Under the pieces are notes generated by a model that ran no database searches, was not told the origin of the DNA, and saw only the letters and a list, made by a program, of their open reading frames with translations. Below, piece by piece: positions 20,287 through 33,114 of a DNA stretch of 64,000 nucleotides. Origin of the DNA: Penicillus capitatus. Lineage: Eukaryota > Plantae > Chlorophyta. Position 1 is the stretch's first letter. Every line of letters begins with the position of its first letter. The DNA lies in the NCBI GenBank assembly GCA_965649825.1, contig OZ287698.1, positions 139,949 through 203,948 of the forward strand, written 5' to 3'. The translations under genes were made by a program, and so were the position numbers.

Positions 20287-23200
20287 CTCGTTCAGGAGCC
20301 TTTCACTATGCTTTCTTACTGAAACTCATTCTCTTTCACAGCACTTCCGACCCTTCTTTCAGGTTTGCTATCGGTGATCTCGTTTCCCATCTGCTGTATT
20401 CTCAATCAAACAGTATATGTGACTAATGACTTACGATGACCATCTGTGACTCTTGACCACTGGTTTCCATATAATTCATTAAAGAGGTGAGATCAAGAAG
20501 GGCTTCTTAGCTATCGGTTCGCCATAAGCAAAACCGCAGTCGATTCCCCGAAACTCAGTTTCCAGTTCTTCGGCAATGTCCGACATTCTGCACAACCTTC
20601 ACATTAGTTTCGATGACTGCGAAAATCGATCATCTGACTCGTCGAACCGGCGTCGAAGTTTTTCAGCGAATTTCCGAAAAAGTGAAGTAACAGGTCCGAT
20701 CTGCAAGTGTTTATCGTCTAAGCTCCTCGGCGCGCTGCTGAAGACGTAACCGAAATTTTTCGAATGTTAAGGCGTCCGTCGGAGGACCGCCCGCATCCAG
20801 ATGCGGCGACCCATCCTTTTCTTGACGACAATCTCGGTCGACTGGCTGCCCGGTCGTTTCTTTCACGGTTTCCGTTTGCGACGTCACACTGAAGTTACCA
20901 AGTTCCTTTTCGCGGCTTACAACGTCGAAGAGCTGTAGAGGATTCCGGAGTTGGGATGTAAAAACACACACCAGGAGACCCGAAAGAGAGGGCAATGAAG
21001 GCCATCGACGATGTCGCTTCTGGCACACACAGCACACAGAGAAACCGTCTCCTGTTCACGCCGAGGAGTGCGCATCGAAGGGCGACGGTTGCTCTTGATT
21101 ATCGGGAGCATCGTTCAACGGGATGTCAGAATTCGATCGATGCCTATGCATGAAGCTAGCTGATTGACGCTTTGGATGTTGAGCAACTGGCAAGAGCTTT
21201 GGAGGTTCCTGTCGAGATGTGGCAGAGCAATCCATGCAATCGCTATCCGGGATCGTGAATCTGTGCTAACGGACTCGTATGCTCGGGGATTCTTCCCAGC
21301 AGACAAAACTGAGCTGTCATTCAAAAACAAGACTGAGTCTATTTTCCAAGATACTGAAAAGGAAACGAAGACTGCTGCAGCATTGCTCTTGAACTTACCT
21401 GGATGCTGGCTATTCTACGAGGACAGCTGCGGCTAGAGCTTCTTTCGAAAAGTGAGTTGGTCATGCGACAAGAAGTTATAATGCGATTGTGGAGCTAGGA
21501 TACGGGATCCATCCAGGAAGAGAGTTGGCAACATTTACGTCGAGGAACACAGCGGGAGATCCTGTTGCATTATGCCAAAAGTTCGAAGACCCTAACGACG
21601 ACCTGGAGACACAGACGAAGTTGGTGTGAGCATGGATTGTCGAGGAACTCTCAGTGCTTATGCGTGTATCATCTGCTCGGTACATTGGGATGTGTGCAGC
21701 TTTTCTGTCTACCCGTGTTTCGATGGAAAACATTCGCGATACAAAGCAAACGATCGGTGAGCCTTACCGTTGCTGGAGTGTATTCTGCAGCCGACGTCGA
21801 ATCGCAGCTTTCGAGCCGCCTCTCGAAGGCACTTCAATGGGCATCCAAAGACAGTAACAGAATGGATCGAACCATCCTGGCTGGTCAAGATCGAGATTAT
21901 CACCATCTCGTCGCGGAAACGTTCAAATCACTGCAGGAGGGATTCTTAGTTTTGTCACGCATCTGCCACAGAGACAGAAGTGGTCAGTACCGCAGAACAC
22001 ATCCGTCCGGATTGATTTACCTGAGGACATTATCTAGGACAGTGCTGAAGACACTCACGGTCAGGCCTTTCGCGGCGAAGACATGGCGGAACCGTTGGCA
22101 GACGGGACGATGAAGGCGATTCGCTCAACGGTGAAACACCACACGTTGTCCAAGTCGTGCCGTTCCAAGCGCAATGCTCGTGGATTCGGATTACTCCCTG
22201 CGACTCCGGGAATTCGCAGGCACTGATTAGATCGCGTTGTTGGGTATCCGATACCTCTGCCGGACATCCTGTCGACCAGTCTTTGTGACTGGGGAGGATC
22301 GCCGAGATCATTGTCTACCTGTCCGAAGCTCGAGTATCCAATGTGTGGCTAACAGCATGGACAGTTGCCACGGCATTGGTGGTTCTGCTCGCGACGAGAC
22401 TTCGGTGTCCAAATCTGCTGATAGTGATGCTTGGACGGGAAATAAAAAATGACGAAGGCCGAAACAGGAGTCGTCAGTGCAAAAGCACCCGCGTTTTGGG
22501 GAATGCCTTTTCCGGCAGTGCCACTACGACGTTCGTGCTTGCTGCCAGCAATGGCCAGATGTGCATTTCCATCGAGAAGGTCGGGTTTCGTGCGACTGAG
22601 CTGGTGTTCTTCTTCATTCAGCATTCGAGCACAGACGGTGCACCCATCAGACTTCTGGAGTCCGATGTCCGTGACAAGGGCGATGACGCCTGTTGGGCCA
22701 ATAGGGCTTCTTAGGCGGTCTGTTCACAGATGTGCACACGCTTTCCTTGGCTACGACTTGCCAGGTCAGTGAGACGGAAGAGTCAGATACACGGAAGAAA
22801 TCGAAGCCTGATTGAATGAATCACTCGGTCTAAGCCGACCTGGAAACCGTCTGCGATTGACACGACAGGGTGCTGGCAAACATGACCCATCTGTGGCACG
22901 GCAGATTCATTGGGTACTGGAAGCATCATCCCGAGGTGGGTCAGTTCTCACAAAGCAGATAGACTGAGATTTCAGCGAATGCTGGTCGAGACTTCTCCAG
23001 TGATTTTGCGGGCGATGCGCATGGCGAACACGCCGAAGGATTCCCGCCAGCCAGAGTTCAGAACATTCGCGAGTTCTCTCTGGATTCTTTTTCTCGGTGA
23101 CAGCGATCCTTCATGCCTACGACTGCGTTAGCCACGATGCTACACAGAGCATTGTCTTTCATATTAGTGCGAATGATTGCGACAGTACTCACAACACTCC

Positions 23201-23580
23201 TGTTGTTGTTTGTTACACGACTGGCTTCACCAGTAAAAGTTCACAGCACTTAACCCGTCAGTGTGACGGATAACAGATCTTCTGCAGCTTTCATTAAGAT
23301 TTCTTCCTTCACAAATCATCTTCTTGGTCAGAGGAGGATAGTGCTCAGATGTGGCAACAAACTCTGCGGCCATCCAGAAGCTGTTACCAGACTCGGAATG
23401 CTCGACTTGACAGGATGCTTTAATCGAATCGCCACGATCTGCATCTAGTCCAAACGATAACGTCCAACTCATCTACCTCCACTGCGAACTTTCGTGCGAA
23501 CTTTCAGAGGAGGTAAGCCACTTCGCCTGCTTCGACGAACCACAGGCGACGACGTTCTGTTGTGCAGACTCGGATTAAAC

Positions 23581-26500
23581 ATGCAAGCCCGTGCTGCAGA
23601 TGAAGGACCCAGCGGCGGAGGGTCATCCGCGCCGAGAACCGGCGACCGAACCGTCAGAGAGGACACAGCGGTCACCGAAGAGCGCTACGACCCGAAACTC
23701 CTACGCGCTGCGGCGAAGAAGCACAACATCGACAGCACCGAGTCACTGGTCGCGGCCTACAACTCGACCACCGATGAAGATGAGCGCGCTGTCCTGCTCG
23801 GATGGCTGCGCAAGTACCACGAACGAAGGGCGGACTGTCTCACGCCGAAAGCTGTGGTCGAGTATGCGGCGCTGGCCAACGTCGCCCCACGTTCCGCAAG
23901 CGAGAAAGATGTCGTGAAAGATTTGATCTACGACCTTTCCTCGTGCATCTGCGAAGGAGACTTCCTGGCGCCGAGTTTTGCTGCTGCCCTCCACAGAGCA
24001 CTCGTGCTCGTCGATCCTTCCGCGCTCGACGCCGTGGAACAGCTGGTCGTCGTGGCCATGAAGCTCTTGGGCAGCCTCTCTCCAAGACCGAAGCTCACAA
24101 GAAAAACCTTTGCGAAGCACGAGGCGACGTTTCTTGCATTGCATCAGGCCTTCTTCCTGCTTCGCGAAGCCAATCAAGCACTGATCGACGAAGAAGAGAA
24201 GCAGGAGCTGCGTAGAACCGTCGCACAGAAGGAGAGAACGATGAGACTCTCCTGCAAGCACTACCCAGTGAGTTTTCATTTCAAAGCGCTTCGCCAGGCG
24301 GCAGAACGACTCAAAGACGAGGAGGCTGCTTCACGAGTCGCACAGGCGAATCAGCATGCCATGTGTGGACTCTGCGCATTCGTGCACGTCTTTCATTTTC
24401 TCAGAAATCTGGCAAGGGGCGACATCGATCCGACGGCCCTCGAGGATGCGTACGAAAGAAATCGGGCAGCCATTGATAACATGGGAGTGGCGAAGCGACC
24501 GTGGTTCGACTCGTTTCGAAGCCTGATGGCTAAAAGGCTCGAAGCGTCGAAGGACGAGACGACGCTCGAGCTTTTTGGAAGCAGCTACCACGCTGCAATG
24601 AAGCACCAGAGGAACGTGAGGGATGGAGAAGATCTGAAGGCGTTGAGGTACGGCATCGTCCGTGAGCTGCGCACGCTCGCGCTCGAAGGTCCGTCGGAAG
24701 ACGCTCGGATCGAGGCCGCGACGAAGCTGGTAGATCTAGCGACGCAGCAAGCCATCAGCGAAGGATGGAGCGATGACATCGATATCCTCGTCGCACTCTT
24801 GGACGCTGTATGCGAGCTGCATGGAAGCGGCCAACGCAACGAGGACATCAGAAACGCGTTGCTGGCCATACAGCGATCTTGCACGGGTCATGCCCGAGGA
24901 GCATTCTCGGAGTGGTTGGGTGAAGGTAGCGTGGAAGACAAGCTTGCAGCTCGGAGTCCGCAGAGAGCTGTCGCAGAAAACAACGATCTGTGCACCAAGA
25001 TCGGCAGAGAAGTGGGGTACATCCCTCTTGCCGTCATGAATTCGAAGGGAGAAGAGCTGAGGAAGAGATACCTGCGCGACGATTTCGCGACGGTATTAGC
25101 ACGAGAAGCGCATTCGAGTCGACGAGAGGTTCCTGTTCTCTAGGTGACTTCCTTGTTCGAAGAGGGATCTTCCAAACACGTCAAGGACATGAAGCACCAT
25201 GTCGTCATCTCCGAGGAAGTTATCGAAGAGCAAGGATTCGGAGAAGGAAGCGAAGAAGCTGTTCGGGGAGTGGTGGGAATGGGGGGAGAGTCCTCAAACC
25301 GCAGAGGGGACCAACCGAAGGAGTACTACGAGAAGAAGACAAGAGTCACGAAGCCCATCGCTCTGGGAGACTTGTTCAGGCCGAGATCTCTCAGACCCGG
25401 GGATCTGGAGAGCGAGGTTCGAAGGGTCCTCCTCTACGGGAACCCCGGTTCCGGAAAGACGTGCATCACGAAGGCCGTCGCACACAGATGGGCGTCGGGA
25501 GAGATGGCACGGGACCTCGACGCCGTTTACGTGGTTCCGGTGAGAGTTCTCAACCGCGGCGAGTACAACGGACGGAAGTGGACAAGACTCGAGGGAGCGA
25601 TATCGCAGATATGCTTCGCCGGAAGCGGGCACGCCTTCGACCACGAAGACCTCGTCTCCCAGGTGGAGCACGATCTCGACGACCCGTCGACCATGCTCAT
25701 GGTCGACGGTTTGGACGAGGCAAATGACCTTGCGATGGAGCTCCTTTCCACCGTATGGGAGCGCTCGTGCAAGGTGCTGCTTCTCTCTCGTCCTTACAAC
25801 ATGAGAAACGTCGAAACGCGTGTCGACGTTCAAGTGGAGTGTCTCGGATTCAACGACCAGCAGCTGCGAGAGTACGTGGAAGGCGAGCTGTCGGAGGAAG
25901 AGGCCCCGCGACTCATCCGTTCTCTCGGGGACTCCGGCGCCATGTGGGAGATGGCACACGTTCCTGTGACGGCGCACATTCTGTGTTCCTTGTCGAAGGA
26001 ACACGGAACGGCGATCGAAGGGCGAGGCAAGAGAGCGAGCGTCTTTCAAGTGTACAACGACATGGCGAACTACATCTGGAAGAGGTTCAAGACGAAGCCG
26101 GCGGCGACGAACGTGAAGAGATCGGATCTCTTCGACGACTTGGAGAGAATCGCATTCGAGTCGCTCCGGAGGGGCCTGATCCTCATCCCTCCGCGGCTCG
26201 TCACGCATTATGCAACGTCGACGGACGCGGCCGGAACATTCAAGGAGAGCGGACTGCTTCTGCTCGTGATGGAGGGCCGGGAGTACCAATTCCCCCACCT
26301 CACGTTCCAGGAGTACTTCGCCGGAAGACACATCGCGAAAGGCTTACGAAACTCGGGATCCGAAGAGAAAATCAGAGTTCTCGAGTTCATCCGCGAAGAA
26401 AAATACAATCGGAAACATGCTTTAACGCTATCCTTCGCCATGCACGCGTATGCAGAGGGACGAGGCAAGTCGGCACTGCAAGGGATGCTCTCGATCGTCG

Positions 26501-28770
26501 ACGAAGACCCCATCGAAGTTCTCGGGATACAGCACTTCTTCTTGAGGCTGCGAGCTCTCGAGGCGGCCCTCGAAGAGACAGACGAAGGCGACATGGAAGA
26601 CATACTGAACGACGAACAAGCAGTCGCGCTCGCCGAGAGTGCTCGCCATCTGCTCGAGCGCACGATCGACGACGTTCTAACTCGCGAGATTGTGGTCAAG
26701 GAGTTCCAGCAGATGTCCGGCGTCTTGGAAGGATTCCATCTAGTCCTCAGAAAAACCGTTGACGAAGTGAAGAAGATGCTGGCATGCGCGCATAAACTAA
26801 CATGGAAAGAAATGGCCAAAATCACAGATGTCTTGAAGCTCGCAAGGCACTCCGCGAAGCATAGCAACATATTAGTCCAGTTCGTGTTGCAACTAGCAAA
26901 AAGACAAGATGGTTGGTGCAGTCCAAGAGAGCGCATCGAAAGGCTAGGTTCCGTGGCAGAAAAGATGCCAAAGCACGCCGGCGAAGTTCTGCCGACGCTG
27001 GCGAAGTGGTGTGTCGACGAAGACTCGTACGTGCGTCGTAGAGCGATGGAGGCCATTGGAAGCGTCGTCGCGGCGGCGCCCCAGCACGCCGGCGAAGTTC
27101 TGCCGACGCTGGCGAAGGGGTGTGTCGACGAAGACTCGTACGTGCGTCGTAGAGCGATGGAGGCCATTGGAAGCGTCGTCGCGGCGGCGCCCCAGCACGC
27201 CGGCGAAGTTCTGCCGACGCTGGCGAAGTGGTGTGTCGACGAAGACTCGTACGTGCGTCGTAGAGCGATGGAGGCCATTGGAAGCGTCGTCGCGGCGGCG
27301 CCCCAGCACGCCGGCGAAGTTCTGCCGAGGCTGGCGAAGGGGTGTGTCGACGAAGACTATGACGTGCGTTCTCGTGCGATGGAGGCCGTCGGCAAAGTGG
27401 TCGCGGCGGCGCCCCAGCACGCCGGCGAAGTTCTGCCGACGCTGGCGAAAGGGTGTGTCGACGAAAACTCGTACGTGCGTCGTAGAGCGATGGAGGCCAT
27501 TGGAAGCGTCGTCGCGGCGGCGCCCCAGCACGCCGGCGAAGTTCTGCCGACGCTGGCGAAGGGGTGTGTCGACGAAGACTATGACGTGCGTCGTAGAGCG
27601 ATGGAGGCCATTGGAAGCGTCGTCGCGGCGGCGCCCCAGCACGCCGGCGAAGTTCTGCCGACGCTGGCGAAGGGGTGTGTCGACGAAGACTATGACGTGC
27701 GTCGTAGAGCGATGGAGGCCATTGAAAGCGTCGTCGCGGCGGCGCCCCAGCACGCCGGCGAAGTTCTGCCGACGCTGGCGAAGTGGTGTGTCGACGAAGA
27801 CTCGTACGTGCGTCGTAGAGCGATGGAGGCCATTGGAAGCGTCGTCGCGGCGGCGCCCCAGCACGCCGGCGAAGTTCTGCCGACGCTGGCGAAGGGGTGT
27901 GTCGACGAAGACTATGACGTGCGTTCTCGTGCGATGGAGGCCATTGGAAGCGTCGTCGCGGCGGCGCCCCAGCACGCCGGCGAAGTTCTGCCGAGGCTGG
28001 CGAAGGGGTGTGTCGACGAAGACTATGACGTGCCTTCTCGTGCGATGGAGGCCGTCGGCAAAGTGGTCGCGGCGGCGCCCCAGCACGCCGGCGAAGTTCT
28101 GCCGACGCTGGCGAAGGGGTGTGTCTTCGAAGACTCGGACATGCGTCGTAGAGCGATGGAGGCCATTGGAAGCGTCGTCGCGGCGGCGCCCCAGCACGCC
28201 GGCGAAGTTCTGCCGACGCTGGCGAAAGGGTGTGTCGACGAAAACTCGTACGTGCGTCGTAGAGCGATGGAGGCCATTGGAAGCGTCGTCGCGGCGGCGC
28301 CCCAGCACGCCGGCGAAGTTCTGCCGACGCTGGCGAAAGGGTGTGTCGACGAAAACTCGTACGTGCGTCGTAGAGCGATGGAGGCCGTCGGCAAAGTGGT
28401 CGCGGCGGCGCCCCACCACGCCGGCGAAGTTCTGCCGACGCTGGCGAAGGGGTGTGTCTTCGAAGACTCGGACGTGCGTTGTAGTGCGATGAATGCATTA
28501 AATAGCATGAACCCAGAGAAGATTGTCGTTTCGGCAATGTCAATTCTCCCTAAGCATAGAGTCGGCATTTATTTTTACTTTGTGCGTTACCCGTTTACCT
28601 TGGATTCTCCTACAAAGCAGAAAACAGTTCCCTTAGTCTTGCATGCGACTTCTTCCCAGAAAATCGGAAAGTGGAGTAAGGACAATGTTGACCTCGTTGT
28701 TTCTCTCTTGAGACGAGAGTTTGATGAGAAGTTTCCCGGATTGTTAGAACATCTTGATAGAAAGGAGTAG
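23581..28770 (+). CDS. NLR-like STAND protein: helical N-terminal domain, NACHT NTPase, tandem HEAT repeats (one 51-nt intron at 25093-25143)
   Basis: Walker A GNPGSGKT, Walker B MLMVDGLDE, YQFPHLTFQEYFAG motif, HEAT-type repeats; GT...TAG intron joins the two track ORFs in frame. Confidence 0.9.
26974..28492 (+). repeat. Coding tandem array of 13 full plus 1 partial 111-bp (37-aa) HEAT units
   Basis: CACGCC unit starts at 26974, 27085 ... 28417, an exact 111-bp period; consensus HAGEVLPTLAKGCVDEDSYVRRRAMEAIGSVVAAAPQ. Confidence 0.98.
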
Positions 28771-28795
28771 CTCAGAAGCAGACTTCATTCTGTAC

Positions 28796-31700
28796 TTTTT
28801 TTTTGATTGTGGGCTTTTACAACTCCTTTTTGAGAAGATCAGGAGTGCGTCTGTACATTGAGTGAAAACCAAGAATCCATGTATCCCATGTGTCTTCCTT
28901 AAGGATGCCAGGCAGCCTGGTTTAGGAGTTGCACCAAATTCTTCCTTCTTGTCTCCACTTGGCACTGATGTCTTCTACGAACTCCGACATCTCTTTCGGA
29001 AACTGGAAGATGCACGCAGTTGAGAGCGTTCCCGGGATCTGTCGCTGGAGCTTCCTTCGTGCTTCATGAAACAAAGGGCATTCCAGCAAGAGGTGATCTC
29101 TGTCTTCTAGAGCCGCTCCACATGAGCATTCCGGGGATTCGGCCAGGGCTCCAAATCTGAATAGGTATTGTTTCGAAGGGAAATGGTTTGCTGCGAACTG
29201 CGAGAGTCTGGAAGCCTGGGGTCTCTCTAGGTATTTCCCAGGGAAGTGCCCTCGTCGGAAATTCGTCAGGTGCGCCGTTAGATGGAAGCTGGTGTTTCGC
29301 TGTTTAATGTCCTTTGCTGCCTCCTGATTCAAAAATTGCGCGATCCGGTGCTTGATCCATGATCTGTCCGGCGGGATTCCCTTTGGACCGCCACTGCAGT
29401 CTTCTGTGATAGTGTTTGACCGTCTCCACTCTGACAGGGCATAGGATAAACCGGGTTTCCATTTCTGAGTTGCCCAGTAGGTCGAATGGCCATCCATGGC
29501 CCAGTCAAGGAGTTCCTGTTGTATCTGGATGCCGGTTTCGGAGACGTTGGTCCAACTTAGAGCTGCTTTCTGGATTCGGTTCGAGTCGACAATTACGACC
29601 AGGCTTTGTCTTCGAATCGGTGCTGTCGAGGTCAACCGCTCTTTTAGGGTGCATAGGCCCTTGTACAGACCCACAAGTGTGGAGATCTCCTCCGACGCCC
29701 AGTCAGGATCCCACCAGCTTTCCCCCTGTCGGTTGTCTCCTTGAAAGAGTCCCCAGCTGGTGCCGAGGCGGTGACGGACTCTATCTTGTTGTGTCGAGAC
29801 AGACAGTATCCAGTCTGGGCGTTCAGAGGCCGGTATTGAAGCTGGGCCTGAGAGGAGTTCCAATTGGGAAGGCGATATCGGAGACCACGGATGGATCCGT
29901 TGAGGTGGAATTTCCAGAGGCCTTCGAGGAGTAGCTCTCTGCCAGCGGGACCACGCAATTCTGCGGTAACATTGACCAGCTGACCGTTCAATTCTGGCTT
30001 GCAGAGACATCGGGGTAGCCGGCTTTCTGTGTCTTCTCCTGGCATCAAAGTACAGCGCTTGTTGCACAATTTGTTGGGTGGGCGGGCGGACCCCTGCTAG
30101 CGAGTAGGCTGAGGGGTATGAGGTGGTCCTGAATGTTCCCGCTAGGAGCAAACATGCCTGTCTCATGACTTTCTCCAGATGACCCGCTGTCCGTTCATTG
30201 TAAGCTGCTCTTTGCCACACTTCTGCTCCGAAATATGCAGCTGGTTCAATAACCCTGCTGACCAGCTTCTCAACGGCTTCAGGTAACATGCCCCAGGTCG
30301 GGCCTGTCAATCGTCGAATCCAGTCCAGGCGCGTGCGGACTTTCCCAGCTGCGCTGGCCACTTGCGTGTTCGAAGAGGTCGTCTCATCCAGCCATACTCC
30401 AAGGTACAGGATGGCGGATTTCTTGTTGAGTTGCTGCCCACGCAGGAATACAGGGAGAGAGTCAGTCCGTCTTCTTCTTTTCACGAATCGGATCTGAAAG
30501 CATTTCTCTGGGGCGAAGATCAGACCTCTGTCTTGGGCCCAGAAGTTCATGCGGTCTAGGGTCTCCTGAAGCATTATTTGCGCTGATCTTTCAGTCGGAG
30601 CTGTGCTCAAAACCAGAATATCATCAGCATAAGCTTGAATGTGCAGGGCCTCTGTGTCTTGAGCCAATTCCAGAATCGGATCCATGCCTATTGTTGGCAG
30701 TCGGCGCGGCCTGGAGGTGGTCGACGGATGCCCCGCGGCGTTCTGCGCGTAGATACGAGACGCGCAAGACCAGAACCAATTGATTAATATTCATTGTCCT
30801 GTTCACAAATCTATGCTCATCCACAGTTACTATCCACATGCTTCCCTGCGCACTCCGATCGGTAACTCTAATCGGCCAGCCAAACCACTGGAAAGCATGT
30901 CTTGTTCCGTCGCTTGGATACCAGTGACAAGGAAGAATCTGATTATCACGATCCTCGTCTGCAGATGTGCAGATTCCAGCGCATCTTCTCCCGTGTCCAC
31001 GGTTCGCCGACGCTTTTGCATGGTTGTCGGTCTTCAGTTCGACGATGGATGGCGCATTTTTCGCCAGACGGAGCAATCACCTCGCGCGGTACGTCATCCT
31101 CTGTCACCGCATGGTGTGTCCGTTCAGGCGTCCCATCGTCGAACTGAAGACCGACACCTATGATGAAAAGCAGTGGGGATAAAGGGCTTCCCTGCGGCGT
31201 TCCGATAGACGGGGCGTGTGAGAAGCTTCCCCTGTCGAGATCCAGCTTGGCTTCCCTGTTGCTGAGAAAAGCTTGTATCCATCGCATAAGGTATGGGGGT
31301 GTGTCAAGACGTTCCAGAGCATCCAGTATCGCCGAGGGTCGGATGCTATCAAAGGCCCCTTTGATATCTAAGGTAACCCCATATACTGCACAGCCTTTCC
31401 TTGTGTGTCTTTCGATAAAGTCCGTAGATTCCACCAGAGCGTCCACTACCCCTCTCCCCACTCTGAAACCGAATTGTCTACACGAGAGGCCATTCTTTGA
31501 CTCGAGAAACTGCGTCAGTCGCTGCGCGACAATCTGATGCACACATTTTGCAATCGAGCCAATGAGGCTGATTGGACGTAGAAGTGCTAGTTCCTTGCGA
31601 GGGTTTGCTTTCTTCGGGATGCAGATGATCTCCGATTGTTGCCAAGTCCGAGGAAGAAAGCCCAGTTGAAGCGATCTGGTGGCAATGGCCGCGAAAACCT

Positions 31701-32232
31701 CTGGGGATTTCCGGAAGGCGCGCGAGATAAGGGCCTTAGGAAGACCATCAGGGCCAGGGGCGGCAAATGGCCGTCCGCCCTCGAAGGCTCTTCTGGCTTC
31801 AGCAACCGACACGTGTGGAGGAGGCCTTGTCACAACGTATGTTCTCTGCGCTTCTGTCTCAGGGCTGGACGGGAAGAACTTCTGGAAGAGTAGTTTACTG
31901 ATCTCGGACGGGTCTTCCACCAGTTCTCCGTTCCCGATTGTTAGGAAGGCAATCTTCTCTACTCCGGTCGGCTTCGTTAGTCTTTTGTACGTTGACCAGA
32001 GGTCTCTGGTTGTGTTACTGCTGTCCGCCAGAAAGTCCCTCTAGGCTTCCCGCTTTCGTCCTCGGATGACAGACTGAAGATGTGACTTTGCCGCGGTAAT
32101 CTCTGCCAGAAGGCAGTCCGGTAGCCAGCCATGTGTTCCTCTGTGTCTTTCTCCTTTCCTCTTGGCCTTCATTAATGTCGAATGAACCCGGGCAACATCC
32201 TCATTCCACCAGTGCTTCCTTTGTGAGGAGGG
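28796..32232 (-). mobile_element. 5'-truncated LINE (RT, degenerate RNase H-like region, CCHC finger, A9 tail), interrupted by a 465-bp insert
   Basis: RT split between LFIIG and MDPIL...QAYADD, C-terminal CSCG...DHLLLEC, T9 at 28796-28804, TSD TTCATTCTGTAC(TT) at 28784 and 32233. Confidence 0.95.
30692..31156. mobile_element. 465-bp solo-LTR-like insert in the LINE RT
   Basis: TG...CA termini, 5-bp TSD CCTAT (30687-30691, 31157-31161); removing it restores LFIIGMDPIL. Internal 24-bp inverted repeat at 31025-31048 and 31133-31156. Confidence 0.85.
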
Positions 32233-33105
32233 TTCATTCTGTACTTCGCGGACATCAAGTTGTGGATATAATTAACATTCTTTCTCCATGATCTGTTCGT
32301 TCAAAATCTTAGCCAACGTAGCATCGCATAACTTTATTTTCTTGATGCGCGTTTGTCGAACAACCTTGAATCATTTGTCGTTGTTGTGTGTTCCATGAAT
32401 TCAAGCCGAAGCAGACGGTTTGTTTTGTGTGTTGTCTCGCGGGGTTGCTGTGCTGGAACAAACTGGACAGTTTAAAGAAGCGTTTGTTTGTGTCTGCAAC
32501 AAAGGTACTTCTAAAATGCGTAGGATTCCATGTGGAAATATATATTGCTAAGTATTAAGGTAAAACCGATCTGGGCTCATACATATTTGAGGTGTCGTCC
32601 ATTCACACTCAGTCTATTGTTACGGAGCAAAACCACGAAGAGAGAAGAACTTCCATCAAACTGTCTTCGCGTTGCTGTTCATCGTTAACTCATTACCGTG
32701 GAAGCATGTTGCTAAAGCTACTCGCTCAGGTATATCCATTAGATCATCGTACACGTCTTTCAATCACGCACAAGATTTTCATCCGATGGCGTGTTCCTCT
32801 CTTGGTCATGAAAATTTGCACAGTGGCTGGCCTACGAGAGGTAGTCACGACACGTCTTTTCATGATTTCTATCGCTGTCACAGGGCCATTGCCGACTTCA
32901 ACCCGGCCTCACCTGAAAATCATGTGTAATCGCCCCGATTACCATTCGTTCAAGAGTTCTTTTTACTGCCTCGGAGCATTCATGAAAAGAAAGGGCGCTC
33001 TGGCACTAAGTGTCGAAAGACACTGAACCCTTGTTCTGTGGAAGCAGTGCAGCATTTTTATCCCAGTTTACACACGCAGCGAACTGCGTGGCATGAAAGT
33101 CATGC
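32233..33105. repeat. Module X, copy 3
   Basis: Homologous to 1527-2395 and 18819-19700. Confidence 0.85.
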
Positions 33106-33114
33106 TGTCTGTTC

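Noticed and set aside
26974-28492. CRISPR-like array
   Set aside because: Contiguous coding units with no unique spacers, in a eukaryotic gene, with no cas genes.
26822-28543. Long alternative-frame and antisense ORFs (573, 493, 491 aa) over the HEAT array
   Set aside because: A stop-free 111-bp unit repeated in tandem opens other frames automatically; they end at the array edges.
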